A DNA stretch of 64,000 nt from an uncultured Candidatus Saccharibacteria bacterium (GTDB lineage: Bacteria; Patescibacteriota; Minisyncoccia; UBA9983), in NCBI GenBank assembly GCA_964372755.1, contig CAYJQX010000002.1, forward strand, positions 10,287-74,286, written 5' to 3'. The position numbers were made by a program, and so were the translations under genes. The notes under the pieces were generated by a model, which was not told the DNA's origin, searched no databases, and worked only from the letters and a program-made list of their open reading frames with translations. Each line of letters begins with the position of its first letter. The stretch's first letter is position 1. Below, piece by piece: positions 38,295-47,477 of this stretch.

Positions 38295-40058
38295 TTATAT
38301 AAGAATGGCTTTTATTCTCCTTACGCCAGATGAAGAAGCTTCTTCTTTAACTATTTTAAATATTCCTATTTCCTTGGTGTTTGAAACATGAGGACCTCCG
38401 CAAAATTCTTTGCTCCATGCGTTTGCGAGAGTTTCGCCAGTGTAATAAACATCCACAGGATCAGGATATTTGCCTTTAAAAAAATAAAGGGCGCCGGTTT
38501 TTTCTGCCTCGGAGCGAGAAAGAGTTTCTTTTTTTACCTCCAGACCATCCGTTATTTTGTGGTTGACTATTTTTTCCACCTTTAATATTTCCTCTTCCGT
38601 TATTTTGCGAGGAAAAGTAAAGTCAAAACGTAATCTCTCTGGAGTGATATCCGAACCGGCTTGGGTTACTTCGTTGCCCAAAACGTCGCGAAGCGCTTGT
38701 TGTAGAAGATGCGTCGCCGTATGAAGACGGATGACTTTTTTCAGTTCTTCTTCGTTTCCCGCTTTAAGCTCGCCCGTGTCTAAAACAAGCCCATGCCCGC
38801 CAAACTTCTTTTCCTGCCCGCCTTTTGAGACCTCTTGATGACGGGAGAATTCTTTTTCAAAATCTTCACGAGTTAGGTGGGCTCCTTTTTCGTGATCTTT
38901 CATCACTTCAAAAGGCAAACCAAAGCTCTCATAAAACGTGAAGGCCGTTTTAGCATCTAAGTTATCTATTCGAGACAATTCTTTTAATCCGGAAGAAAGG
39001 GTCTTGCTAAACTTTTCATATTCCTCCTTAATAAAAGAAATTATTTCATTTCTATTTTTTTCCAAATCTGGATAAGTTGATTTATATAGCTCGATTACTT
39101 TTTCGTACAACTTTTCTCCATCCCCTGATTCCAGATTAATCACTCGTCTTATGAGGCGTCGCAGGATATACCCCGCTCCTTTATTTGACGGCCTAACGCC
39201 GTCAGAGAGCAAGAAAACTACCGCGCGGGAATGGTCAGCCAATATTTTACTGGTTCTACTATCAGTTGTTTTTATTATTTCAAAAATCGGGGCAAACAAA
39301 TCGGTTTCAAAAATATTATTAGTTTTTTGAGATACCATTGCCAAACGTTCCAACCCCATACCGGTGTCCACGCCCGGCTTTGCAAGCGGAGTTAAAATTT
39401 TACCCGAATTACCAGCAAGCAATTCTTCCCTACTGCCGGGAAAATAAAATTGGTTGAAAACAAGGTTCCAGATTTCAATGTCTTGCCCGGCGCCATTTTT
39501 GCAATAAATTTCCGTTGTCGGGCCACAAGGACCGGAGACCCCTGTTGGACCCCAAAAAACATCCTCTATTCCCTCTTCGCGGATATCTGAAACCCCCAAA
39601 GACTCCCAGATTTTTTTTGATTCTTCATCCTTCGGCACCCCTATTTCAGGTGAGCCTTTAAAAATAGTCACGTATGAAATTTCCAAGCCCATAGCATGGG
39701 TGATAAACTCGTGAGCGTATTTAATTGCCTCTTCTTTAAAATAAGCCCCTTCGCCAAAACTAAAATTACCGAGCATTTCAAAAAATGTCAGATGGCGCTC
39801 ATCTCCTACTTCGTCAATATCCGAAGTACGAAAAGATTTTTGAATAGAGACGGCACTATGGCCGATAGGTTTTTCTAAAGATGGATGTATTGCTGTTGCA
39901 GGGTCAAGTTCATTGTAATACGGCTTGAATTGCTGCATGCCTGCGGTTGTAAGAAGAACGGAAGGATCGTCTGGAATAAGCGAAGAGGAAGGAACGATAG
40001 TATGCCCCTTTGAGGCGAAGAATTCCAAAAATTTTCGGCGAATTTCCGTTGACGTCAT
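38295..40058 (-). CDS. alaS: Alanyl-tRNA synthetase, minimal form (587 aa, catalytic plus editing region, no C-terminal C-Ala domain)
   Basis: N-terminal MTSTEIRRKFLEFFASKGHTIVPSSSLIPDDPSVLLTTAGMQQFKPYY. Editing-site HTATHLL. Confidence 0.85.
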   Translation of the reverse strand: MTSTEIRRKFLEFFASKGHTIVPSSSLIPDDPSVLLTTAGMQQFKPYYNELDPATAIHPSLEKPIGHSAVSIQKSFRTSDIDEVGDERHLTFFEMLGNFSFGEGAYFKEEAIKYAHEFITHAMGLEISYVTIFKGSPEIGVPKDEESKKIWESLGVSDIREEGIEDVFWGPTGVSGPCGPTTEIYCKNGAGQDIEIWNLVFNQFYFPGSREELLAGNSGKILTPLAKPGVDTGMGLERLAMVSQKTNNIFETDLFAPIFEIIKTTDSRTSKILADHSRAVVFLLSDGVRPSNKGAGYILRRLIRRVINLESGDGEKLYEKVIELYKSTYPDLEKNRNEIISFIKEEYEKFSKTLSSGLKELSRIDNLDAKTAFTFYESFGLPFEVMKDHEKGAHLTREDFEKEFSRHQEVSKGGQEKKFGGHGLVLDTGELKAGNEEELKKVIRLHTATHLLQQALRDVLGNEVTQAGSDITPERLRFDFTFPRKITEEEILKVEKIVNHKITDGLEVKKETLSRSEAEKTGALYFFKGKYPDPVDVYYTGETLANAWSKEFCGGPHVSNTKEIGIFKIVKEEASSSGVRRIKAILI

Positions 40059-40143
40059 AAGTTATATAAGTATATCTAACACAGCGAAAAAAAACAGCCA
40101 TACTCTACGATTTTTTATAAATTGGAGAGCCCGTCTTGTCGAA

Positions 40144-42936
40144 TTATCTCGCTTTTTTTAGAAGAGGCGGGATAAAAACAATGAGAAGAATAATAAAAAT
40201 TGAACCGCCTATCACAGCCAAAATGGTAAGAAGAGTTTTTGACCAGCCAGAGAGAATACCTGAAGAGAAAACAGAAGCGGACTGTTCTTGATTTTTATTT
40301 TCTTTGCCTGTGACGACACTGGAAGAATCGGAAGTAATTGTTTGAATTTTATCGTCTGTATCGCGATAAGTCATGGTGGTGATAAATGGTATCACTTCAC
40401 CTAAAGCAGTCCCTTCCCGAACCGCGAAAACAGCGCTTACTTGTCCTTGGGTGTGGCCGTCCAAACGATTTTGTTTAAACAATAATTGTTGGTTTGAAGT
40501 GGAAATCAAATTAGCATCCGCTCGCACAAATAGAACATTGTTCGGATAATCTGTTTTTATGTTTATGTCCGTAATAGGCCCGTTGGCATCATTTCTAAAA
40601 ACAAATTGATAAGTTAATTCGTCATACTGCACTGTTTGAGTGGCATTAACATTGGAGGTAAGAAAAACTATAGCTGGTTGAGCAGAAGGCGCACTGATCC
40701 TTGCTGGAATAACGACAGGATTGATTGTTGCAACAGGTCTTTGTTCTGCAATTGGTGTTGACTGCGTGGTGAAAGATTGAATATTGCCAATACGAGTGCC
40801 GTAGCTATTTTGAGCCACAGCTTTGTAATAATAGGTTGTATTTGGTTTTAGGCCTTCAATTGTGACTGAATAAGTTAAATTATCTCCCGTAGAGCCAATA
40901 GCTTGGGTAGCTGTTTTTAATCCCAGAGATTGCGTTGTGCCGTATTCAAACCAGATATTAGTAGGGCTATTTTTCGGACTAAACAAGCCTCGCGCTACTC
41001 CGCTGTTTGGAGAAATACCCGAACCAATCTGAGTGGAAACAAACGGCGCCTCTGGCGTTACTCCCAAATAAGATTGAGTTCCTCCAAAAGTGGAAAAAGA
41101 GTAAATGCTTCCTTGAGAAGTGCCGTAAGAATTTTGCACTACCACGCGATAATAATAAACGGTGTTTTGTTGAAGGGCCGGAAGATTGGTGCTGATGTTA
41201 ACAGAGCTGTTGCTACTGCCAACCGATTGCTGGCCTTGAGTAGAACCAAGTGATTGCGTTGTGCCGTATTCAAACCAAGCGGTAGCATTATTTCCGTTTG
41301 GATTTACAGTTCCTGAAATAGAGGCGGATGTTTGGGAAACTGACGTAGCCGGTCCGGTTACAGCAGATGGAGCAGAACCCGTTTGTTGTTGATAATAATC
41401 ATAAGAAGATTGCGTGGTAAAACTCATGATGCTTCCCCTTGCGGTTCCATAAGAATTATTTGCTACCGCTCTGTAGTAATAAGTGGTGTTTGGCTGAAGA
41501 GCTCCAAAAGAGCTATTTAAAGTAAACTGATTTATGCCATTACCAGCCGATTGCTGGCTACTGGTATATCCCAAAGAAAGATTCGTGCCGTACTCAAACC
41601 AAGCGTTGGTATAATCCCCGTTTGGATGAATAGTTCCAAAAACGGAAGCGTATGTTTGACCAACAGCGGTTGTCCCTCCGGTTGTGGCGGAAGGCGCCGA
41701 ACCTGTTTGCTGGCTTGGCGGAGGATTATTAGCGTTTGTGGTGAAGCTCAAAATGTTGCCGTTGGTTGTGCCATAATTGTTTTGAGCCACTATTCTATAG
41801 TAGTAAATAGTATTTGCCTGAAGACCAGAAACAAAAGCGTTGATGTTTATATTTCCCGAACCACTAGCCGAACCAGTATTTATTGTTTGAGTGATCGTAT
41901 TACTGCCAAGGGATTGCGTTGTGCCGTATTCAAACCAAGCGGTGGTGGTGTAGCCATTCGGGTTAACAATTCCAGAAATAGTCGCCGATGTTTGAGTGAT
42001 GGAAGAGGCAGAGGTCGTGTTTACAGTCGGAGCTGAACCCGATGGCGGAGGATTATTAGCGTTTGTGGTGAAGCTCAAAATGTTGCCGTTGGTTACACCA
42101 GCGCTGTTTTGGCCAACCATTCTGTAATAATAAGTGGTGTTTGGCGTGAGGTTAGTTAAAAAATATGTTTGGCTGACAGAACTATTTCCGCCACCAATGG
42201 AGTTGGTGCCGACTTTTATGCCAAGGGATTGCGTTGTGCCGTATTCAAACCAAGCGGTAGCATTATTTCCGTTCGGGTTAACATTGCCGTTTATAGAAGC
42301 TGAAGTTTGAGTGATAGAAGAAGCGGAAATTGTTACGGCATTGGGAACTACAACTGGCGGTGGAGGAGTATTGTTGCTGATTTGGGCTCGAAAAATAAGA
42401 ATCCCCCATTTATTGGGTTCAACATCTCCAAGATTTATGCCTGAAGAAAAAATTTCAGCGCCTGTTTGGTTATTTGGGAGATTTTGAAGGGTGTTGTTGC
42501 TAGAGGACTTTTGCGGATACCACCTCGTGGAACCCGGGATAAAAGTAATTGTTTGGAGTGAGCTGATGTTTACATTAACCGAACCGCTTACAGAAGAAGC
42601 GTTGTCGGCGGAAATTGTCCCAGGCACAGAGACGATATTTACCGATCCGCTTGGCAGGGTGGTTCTTATGCGGACGTTTTTTGCCGTCTCGTTTGAGGTA
42701 TTGTGATAAAAATATTCAAAACTAATAGTGTCGCCGGCGTTTACAGAAACAAAGTTTGCCCAACAGCTATCGCAGTTTAAAGTTTTGGAAACTTCAATAA
42801 CGGGAAAATCCCCGGGCGCGCCGTTAAAGGAAGCGGCGGCTTGAACGAATGAAAACAACCCAAAAAACCCGACGACAAAAAATCCTGTCGCCATTAAAAA
42901 ATTGATATATGTATAAGATTGTTTTTTTTGAAACAT
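40144..42936 (-). CDS. Large surface protein (930 aa) with a signal peptide, at least six tandem FN3-like repeats and a C-terminal TM anchor
   Basis: The unit ...ITQTSA.ISG.VNPNG..T.AWFEYGTTQSLG...NT.YYYR.VAQNSYGT..G.I.SFTT repeats at ~95-aa period. C-terminal hydrophobic segment plus KKAR. Confidence 0.55.
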   Translation of the reverse strand: MFQKKQSYTYINFLMATGFFVVGFFGLFSFVQAAASFNGAPGDFPVIEVSKTLNCDSCWANFVSVNAGDTISFEYFYHNTSNETAKNVRIRTTLPSGSVNIVSVPGTISADNASSVSGSVNVNISSLQTITFIPGSTRWYPQKSSSNNTLQNLPNNQTGAEIFSSGINLGDVEPNKWGILIFRAQISNNTPPPPVVVPNAVTISASSITQTSASINGNVNPNGNNATAWFEYGTTQSLGIKVGTNSIGGGNSSVSQTYFLTNLTPNTTYYYRMVGQNSAGVTNGNILSFTTNANNPPPSGSAPTVNTTSASSITQTSATISGIVNPNGYTTTAWFEYGTTQSLGSNTITQTINTGSASGSGNININAFVSGLQANTIYYYRIVAQNNYGTTNGNILSFTTNANNPPPSQQTGSAPSATTGGTTAVGQTYASVFGTIHPNGDYTNAWFEYGTNLSLGYTSSQQSAGNGINQFTLNSSFGALQPNTTYYYRAVANNSYGTARGSIMSFTTQSSYDYYQQQTGSAPSAVTGPATSVSQTSASISGTVNPNGNNATAWFEYGTTQSLGSTQGQQSVGSSNSSVNISTNLPALQQNTVYYYRVVVQNSYGTSQGSIYSFSTFGGTQSYLGVTPEAPFVSTQIGSGISPNSGVARGLFSPKNSPTNIWFEYGTTQSLGLKTATQAIGSTGDNLTYSVTIEGLKPNTTYYYKAVAQNSYGTRIGNIQSFTTQSTPIAEQRPVATINPVVIPARISAPSAQPAIVFLTSNVNATQTVQYDELTYQFVFRNDANGPITDINIKTDYPNNVLFVRADANLISTSNQQLLFKQNRLDGHTQGQVSAVFAVREGTALGEVIPFITTMTYRDTDDKIQTITSDSSSVVTGKENKNQEQSASVFSSGILSGWSKTLLTILAVIGGSIFIILLIVFIPPLLKKAR
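40750..42400. repeat. In-frame tandem DNA repeats (~285-bp period) encoding the FN3-like modules
   Basis: Recurrent ccaagggattgcgttgtgccgtattcaaaccaagcggt-type segments at ~41250, ~41925 and ~42225. Confidence 0.5.
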
Positions 42937-43048
42937 TTTTTAATTTTTATTCTTGTGAATTTTAAAAACTTGTTTTAGCAAATAAATTTTGTATGAAAAT
43001 GATGTGAATCGGAACGGTTGGTTTAAAATGCCAACCGTTCCGATTTTT

Positions 43049-43870
43049 TTAGAATTTCAGGATCGTAAATTGCATCCTGAAGTCCCACGTTAAGCTTCCC
43101 CCTTCCGAGGATCTGAAAAAAAACGGAGGTGGTATTTTTGGACCTGGAAAAACAATTTTGGCGTTTCCTCTGCCGGGCCCATCTTCATCGTTGTTTGCCG
43201 GACCCGGAGTCGGAGTGGGAGTTGGGTTGGCCGGTGGCGGATTGTTGACCACCACTGAGATTCGCGGATCTCGTGAGAGAGATCTCTGAAGTATCAAGAG
43301 ACTACCTCCCAAAATCCCTGTTCCCAGCCCCACCACAACGGCATTTCTCCAGAAATGCGATTCCCCTCCTTTCGCCAAGTTTATTTCCACTTTTGCTGGA
43401 GGAGGTGGGGGCATTTCAAAACGAACAATAGTAGAAAATTCCTTGGGCAGGACATCTTCCACCATCATTTTCGCCCCCGTTTTTGTCATCGGTATTTTGC
43501 CAGGAATGACAGGGGGTTTCTTTTTTTGAGCCACTCTGATATAAATCGGCTCTTTATCTACCCCTAGGACCGGATTTCCGCAAGAGAAAATCCAATCCGC
43601 TCTGACACAGGTGCTGTCTGGAGTGTAAAACCCAGCAAGCACCTCTCCTTTTTTAAGCCATCCTCTGGCCCATTTCCCGCTTCGATCTTGAGACAAAACT
43701 TCTATCTCTTGATCGATAGCGACGCGGACCCGTCCGTTCAAAGGACGATTCGCGTTTACCGGGTTTTGGCCGATGGATAAAAATTTTTTATTTTCCTGTG
43801 GCCATACTTCAGATGTAGGCGCAAGGAAAATAAAGAAAACCGCAAAAATGAAAAAGTTGATTTTGTTCAT
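43049..43870 (-). CDS. Secreted Pro-rich hypothetical protein
   Basis: Signal peptide. PPPPPAKV and PPPANPTPTPTPGP low-complexity. Confidence 0.35.
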   Translation of the reverse strand: MNKINFFIFAVFFIFLAPTSEVWPQENKKFLSIGQNPVNANRPLNGRVRVAIDQEIEVLSQDRSGKWARGWLKKGEVLAGFYTPDSTCVRADWIFSCGNPVLGVDKEPIYIRVAQKKKPPVIPGKIPMTKTGAKMMVEDVLPKEFSTIVRFEMPPPPPAKVEINLAKGGESHFWRNAVVVGLGTGILGGSLLILQRSLSRDPRISVVVNNPPPANPTPTPTPGPANNDEDGPGRGNAKIVFPGPKIPPPFFFRSSEGGSLTWDFRMQFTILKF

Positions 43871-43966
43871 TTTCTCACCCCCTGTTTTCTTTTTTTTAAA
43901 CTTTTTTTGTGTGCGAAACTGTTGGATAAGCTAGCACGAAGAACTATATTTGTCAATGTTTTTTGG

Positions 43967-44960
43967 TAATATCCAAACACTTTTGGCACTTTTTACTAGA
44001 GTTAACTAATGAGTGTAAAAATGCCTAGAAACATACTAGAGGAGCGTTTAAGATGGGTTCTCCCCGTCATAAACCGGGAGGTTAGATTAAAGGATATAAT
44101 CACAGTCTGCCCACACAGTGAGCGGAGTGTGAAAAGATGGCTTTCTGTCTTCCGCAAAGGCGGAGCAGAAGCTCTAAAGGCAAAAAGTACCAGGCCAAAG
44201 ACACAGCCAAACGAAACACCGATACGGATTAAGGAAAGGGTGATTGATCTGCGGAAAGAAACCAGCCTTTGCGCCAAGAAGCTCCACTGGAAACTCAAAA
44301 AACAGGGACTCCTTGTTCCAGTGAGCACTATTGGCAAGATACTCAAAGATGAAAACTTGGTCAGAAAATACCGAGTACGGAAAATTAAATACAGATATAT
44401 TAAAGCAGAGAGACAACCGGGTGAATTGGTGGAGATTGACGTGAAATATGTACCTGAAAGCATTGAGGGAAAAGAGTATTTTCAATACACGGCCATTGAT
44501 ACTGCCAGTAAATGGCGACATCTAAACGCCTACGATGAGCAATCAAGTTACCATAGCATCTGCTTCTTGGAAGAAGTCATCGCTAAATTTCCTCACAAAA
44601 TCCAAGCCATCAAAACGGACAATGGATCAATCTTCACCAACTACTATGTTGGTTCAACCAGAAGAAGCGACCTGACCGTGAAAACAATACACGCCCTCGA
44701 CCGATTCTGCGGGAAGAGAAATATCATCCACTACCTGATTGATCCCGGCAAACCAGCCCAGAATGGAACGGTAGAACGAAGTCATCGGGAAGATCAAGAG
44801 AAATTCTACGACCAAAACAAATTCAAAACATTTAAAGACTTAAAAGCCAAACTAGCAGTTTGGAACAACTACTACAACAACCTAGAGCATTGCTCGCTTA
44901 ATGGGAAAACACCCAACGAAATGATAGAATCTTTAGTGCCAGAAGAGGTTAGTTAAAACA
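43967..44960 (+). mobile_element. IS481-family insertion sequence, copy 2, with target-site duplication TTTTGG/TTTTGT
   Basis: Identical to copy 1 over the full 994 bp. Direct orientation, 9311 bp downstream. Confidence 0.8.
44009..44956 (+). CDS. IS481-family DDE transposase (second copy)
   Basis: Protein identical to the 34698..35645 product. Confidence 0.8.
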   Translation: MSVKMPRNILEERLRWVLPVINREVRLKDIITVCPHSERSVKRWLSVFRKGGAEALKAKSTRPKTQPNETPIRIKERVIDLRKETSLCAKKLHWKLKKQGLLVPVSTIGKILKDENLVRKYRVRKIKYRYIKAERQPGELVEIDVKYVPESIEGKEYFQYTAIDTASKWRHLNAYDEQSSYHSICFLEEVIAKFPHKIQAIKTDNGSIFTNYYVGSTRRSDLTVKTIHALDRFCGKRNIIHYLIDPGKPAQNGTVERSHREDQEKFYDQNKFKTFKDLKAKLAVWNNYYNNLEHCSLNGKTPNEMIESLVPEEVS

Positions 44961-45076
44961 TTTTGTATAGGGTGATTAGACTTTCCACCCAAAAACAATG
45001 GACGTCGTCAGAAACACTGAACGTCGAAACAATGAACGACGTCTGGCGTCGTTCATTGTTCATTGTTTTTTCAATC

Positions 45077-45132
45077 CCCTATCCCCAGTGAGTAATATTG
45101 ACATATGTCAATATTACTCACTGGGGATAGGG
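45077..45132. repeat. 56-bp perfect palindrome (28-bp arms, no spacer)
   Basis: CCCTATCCCCAGTGAGTAATATTGACAT|ATGTCAATATTACTCACTGGGGATAGGG, read directly. Confidence 0.7.
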
Positions 45133-45187
45133 ACGGGGCAGAGAAATTAACAAACATTTTACCACGTGGAAAAAGTTACTGTCATAC

Positions 45188-46300
45188 TTAAGCAATCACT
45201 CCTCCGCCGAGCATGGTTTTACCACTGTAGACAACTAACGATTGTCCGGCAGTCACCGCCCGTTGAGCTTTTAGAAAATGTATTATGTAGCAGGTATTTT
45301 TTATTTTGTTTTTTTCTGTCCCATAATATTTAATACCTGATACATGCTTCGTGACTCTGCATGTTTGGAGTGGTTGGCGATACCTTACTCTGGCTTTATA
45401 AATCTTATTTGGTCTTGGTGGCTCGCTTATCCAATTCACATCTCTTATCAAAATTTCTTTGCGATAAGATTTTTTCTCATCAGCTTTATCAGAGACAATA
45501 AGTATATTTTTTTTGACATTTTTACCAACGATATAATATGGCACCCTTCCGCCATAAGATATGCCGTGTCTTTGGCCTATGGTATAAAATATTGCGCCGT
45601 CGTGTTCTCCCACTACATTCCCTTCAAGATCCATAATTTTTCCTTTTTTTGGTTTTATGTATTTTTTGAGAAAATCAATCATTTCAAATTCGCCGATAAA
45701 GCAAACTCCTTGGCTGTCTTTTTTTTCGGCAGTGGATAACCCGTTTTGGCGCGCAATTTCGCGAACTTCCGATTTTCTTAAATTTCCAAGTGGAAACAAA
45801 CAATGTTTCAACTGCGCTTGCGTCAATGTCCATAAAAAATAAGATTGATCTTTGTTTGTATCTAAAGCCGTATGTAGTGTGTGGTATATAGTATGTGACC
45901 TAGATTCTCCTTTCTTAATATAATGCCCAGTGGCCACATAATCCGCGCCTTGTTTTATGGCCCAGTTAAGAAAAGCGCCGAATTTTACATGTTTGTTGCA
46001 CATAATATCGGGGTTGGGTGTTTCTCCTTTCCTGAAAGAACGAAGCATGTAATCTACCACTTCTTTTTTGTATTCTTTTTCCAAATCCAGAGTGTAAAAA
46101 GGAATGCCGATTTTTCCTGCCACTCTCATGGCGTCTCGTCTGTCTTCCTGCCAAGAGCACAAAAAATCTTCCGGGTACCAGCCTTTGATAAAACATCCCG
46201 AAACATCATAACCTTCTCTTTTGAGAAGCATTGCCGTAACAGAGCTATCTACTCCGCCGGACATGCCAACATAAACTTTTTTGTTTAAAACATTTTTCAC
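45188..46300 (-). CDS. mnmA: tRNA-specific 2-thiouridylase MnmA
   Basis: PP-loop VGMSGGVDSSV. C-terminal MnmA domain. Confidence 0.85.
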   Translation of the reverse strand: MKNVLNKKVYVGMSGGVDSSVTAMLLKREGYDVSGCFIKGWYPEDFLCSWQEDRRDAMRVAGKIGIPFYTLDLEKEYKKEVVDYMLRSFRKGETPNPDIMCNKHVKFGAFLNWAIKQGADYVATGHYIKKGESRSHTIYHTLHTALDTNKDQSYFLWTLTQAQLKHCLFPLGNLRKSEVREIARQNGLSTAEKKDSQGVCFIGEFEMIDFLKKYIKPKKGKIMDLEGNVVGEHDGAIFYTIGQRHGISYGGRVPYYIVGKNVKKNILIVSDKADEKKSYRKEILIRDVNWISEPPRPNKIYKARVRYRQPLQTCRVTKHVSGIKYYGTEKNKIKNTCYIIHFLKAQRAVTAGQSLVVYSGKTMLGGGVIA

Positions 46301-46330
46301 AGTTGTAATTTATTACAATAAATTTTTTAT

Positions 46331-46365
46331 TAAAAAAACTCCATTTTTTTAAATGGAGTTTTTTT
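46331..46365. terminator. Bidirectional intrinsic terminator
   Basis: AAAAAAACTCCAT-ttttttaa-ATGGAGTTTTTTT. Confidence 0.55.
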
Positions 46366-46539
46366 AGGATTCGGACAGGGTCATCGCAGCAGCTCCCCGG
46401 CCCAAGTTTGGGATTTTCGGTGGTTCATAGTACGGAGATGTATTAGCTCTCCTTCCTATAGATGACTCCTACTCGCCCAAGTGAGAGGGTGCTCGGGATA
46501 CTTTTTCAAATTTAAGCTCCGCTCGCCCATCCGAATCCT
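46365..46539. ncRNA. GC-rich (~55%) 175-nt structured element closed by a 10-bp terminal helix (AGGATTCGGA/TCCGAATCCT). A candidate small ncRNA, class unassigned.
   Basis: GC spike in an AT-rich intergenic region between mnmA and mltG. Terminal and internal complementarity. No ORF. Confidence 0.3.
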
Positions 46540-46589
46540 GTTAATTTGTATCCGTAGAGGATTATACATAGCTCATTTTATTTGTCAAC

Positions 46590-47471
46590 CTATCGTAAAT
46601 ACTTTGCCTTATTCTTCTTGTGTTCCTCAAAAGTCTCAGCGTAATGTGTGGTGCCGTCTCGCCCTGAAAGATAAAACCAGTAAGAAGACTCCCGTGGGTT
46701 CTTGGCCGCTTCTATGGACTCAAGCCCCGGATTGGAAATAGGTTTTTCTGGCAGACCTTCTCTGTCATAAGTTTCTGGCGCGGCGTCCACTTGAAGTCTC
46801 ATATTGTCTTTCAATCTTTTCCATAAAATTCCCGCCACCATTTTTTTTTCCTCCAGCGTTCGCACTTCTTTTTCCAAAACAGAAGCCATTATCAGGATGT
46901 CTTTTTCCACTCTTCCCGCTTGATTGTCAAAGTTTTCGGCAAAAGTTTTGACAATTTCTTCTTCTGAGGAAGCGGGAGAAACAAAATATGTATCGGGATA
47001 AAGCTTGCCTTCATACGCCAAAGCCGTTTCTATGAATTTTTTCGGATTGAAAGAAAAAAAAGATTCTTTCTGTAGGAGATTTAAAATATCCTTGGCTGTA
47101 TAGCCCTCTGGAATAGTAACTTTTATAGGGACAAAGCCATAGTCTCCTTTGACGGTGCGATAGATAACTCTTGCCAAAGAAGAAGGTTTTTGAAACTCAT
47201 AAACTCCAGATTTAATGTTGTCTCCCTGGCCCAAGATTAAAATAATTGCTCGATAAAATTTGGGAGACTCTATCACGGAAGATTTATAAAGTTTCTCGCT
47301 TGTCTCGCGCGCGGTAGCTCCTTTTTCCACTCTGAAGATTACCGGGTAGGCAATTTTCTCTTCGGGAATATCAAAAAAAAGACCGTTAATAAGCGTTCCC
47401 GAAATCAATAAAAAGAATAAAATTCCGGCAAGAAAAAAATGTTTTTTGTATTTATCTTCAATTTTACGCAT
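46590..47471 (-). CDS. mltG: Endolytic murein transglycosylase MltG (YceG-like)
   Basis: N-terminal TM. YceG-like core ...KLYPDTYFV...GLPEKPISNPGLESIEAA. Confidence 0.7.
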   Translation of the reverse strand: MRKIEDKYKKHFFLAGILFFLLISGTLINGLFFDIPEEKIAYPVIFRVEKGATARETSEKLYKSSVIESPKFYRAIILILGQGDNIKSGVYEFQKPSSLARVIYRTVKGDYGFVPIKVTIPEGYTAKDILNLLQKESFFSFNPKKFIETALAYEGKLYPDTYFVSPASSEEEIVKTFAENFDNQAGRVEKDILIMASVLEKEVRTLEEKKMVAGILWKRLKDNMRLQVDAAPETYDREGLPEKPISNPGLESIEAAKNPRESSYWFYLSGRDGTTHYAETFEEHKKNKAKYLR

Positions 47472-47477
47472 ATTTTT

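Noticed and set aside
40750-42400. Regular ~285-bp tandem repeats, considered as a possible CRISPR array
   Set aside because: The repeat unit is far too long and lies inside an in-frame ORF encoding FN3-like protein modules. There are no short direct repeats with unique spacers. I saw no CRISPR array anywhere in the window.
46365-46539. Tested as tmRNA, RNase P RNA or a tRNA-like element
   Set aside because: No GGTTCGAATCC-type T-arm, no RNase P P4 (AGGAAAGUCCGGGC) motif, and it is too short. It is kept only as an unclassified ncRNA candidate.
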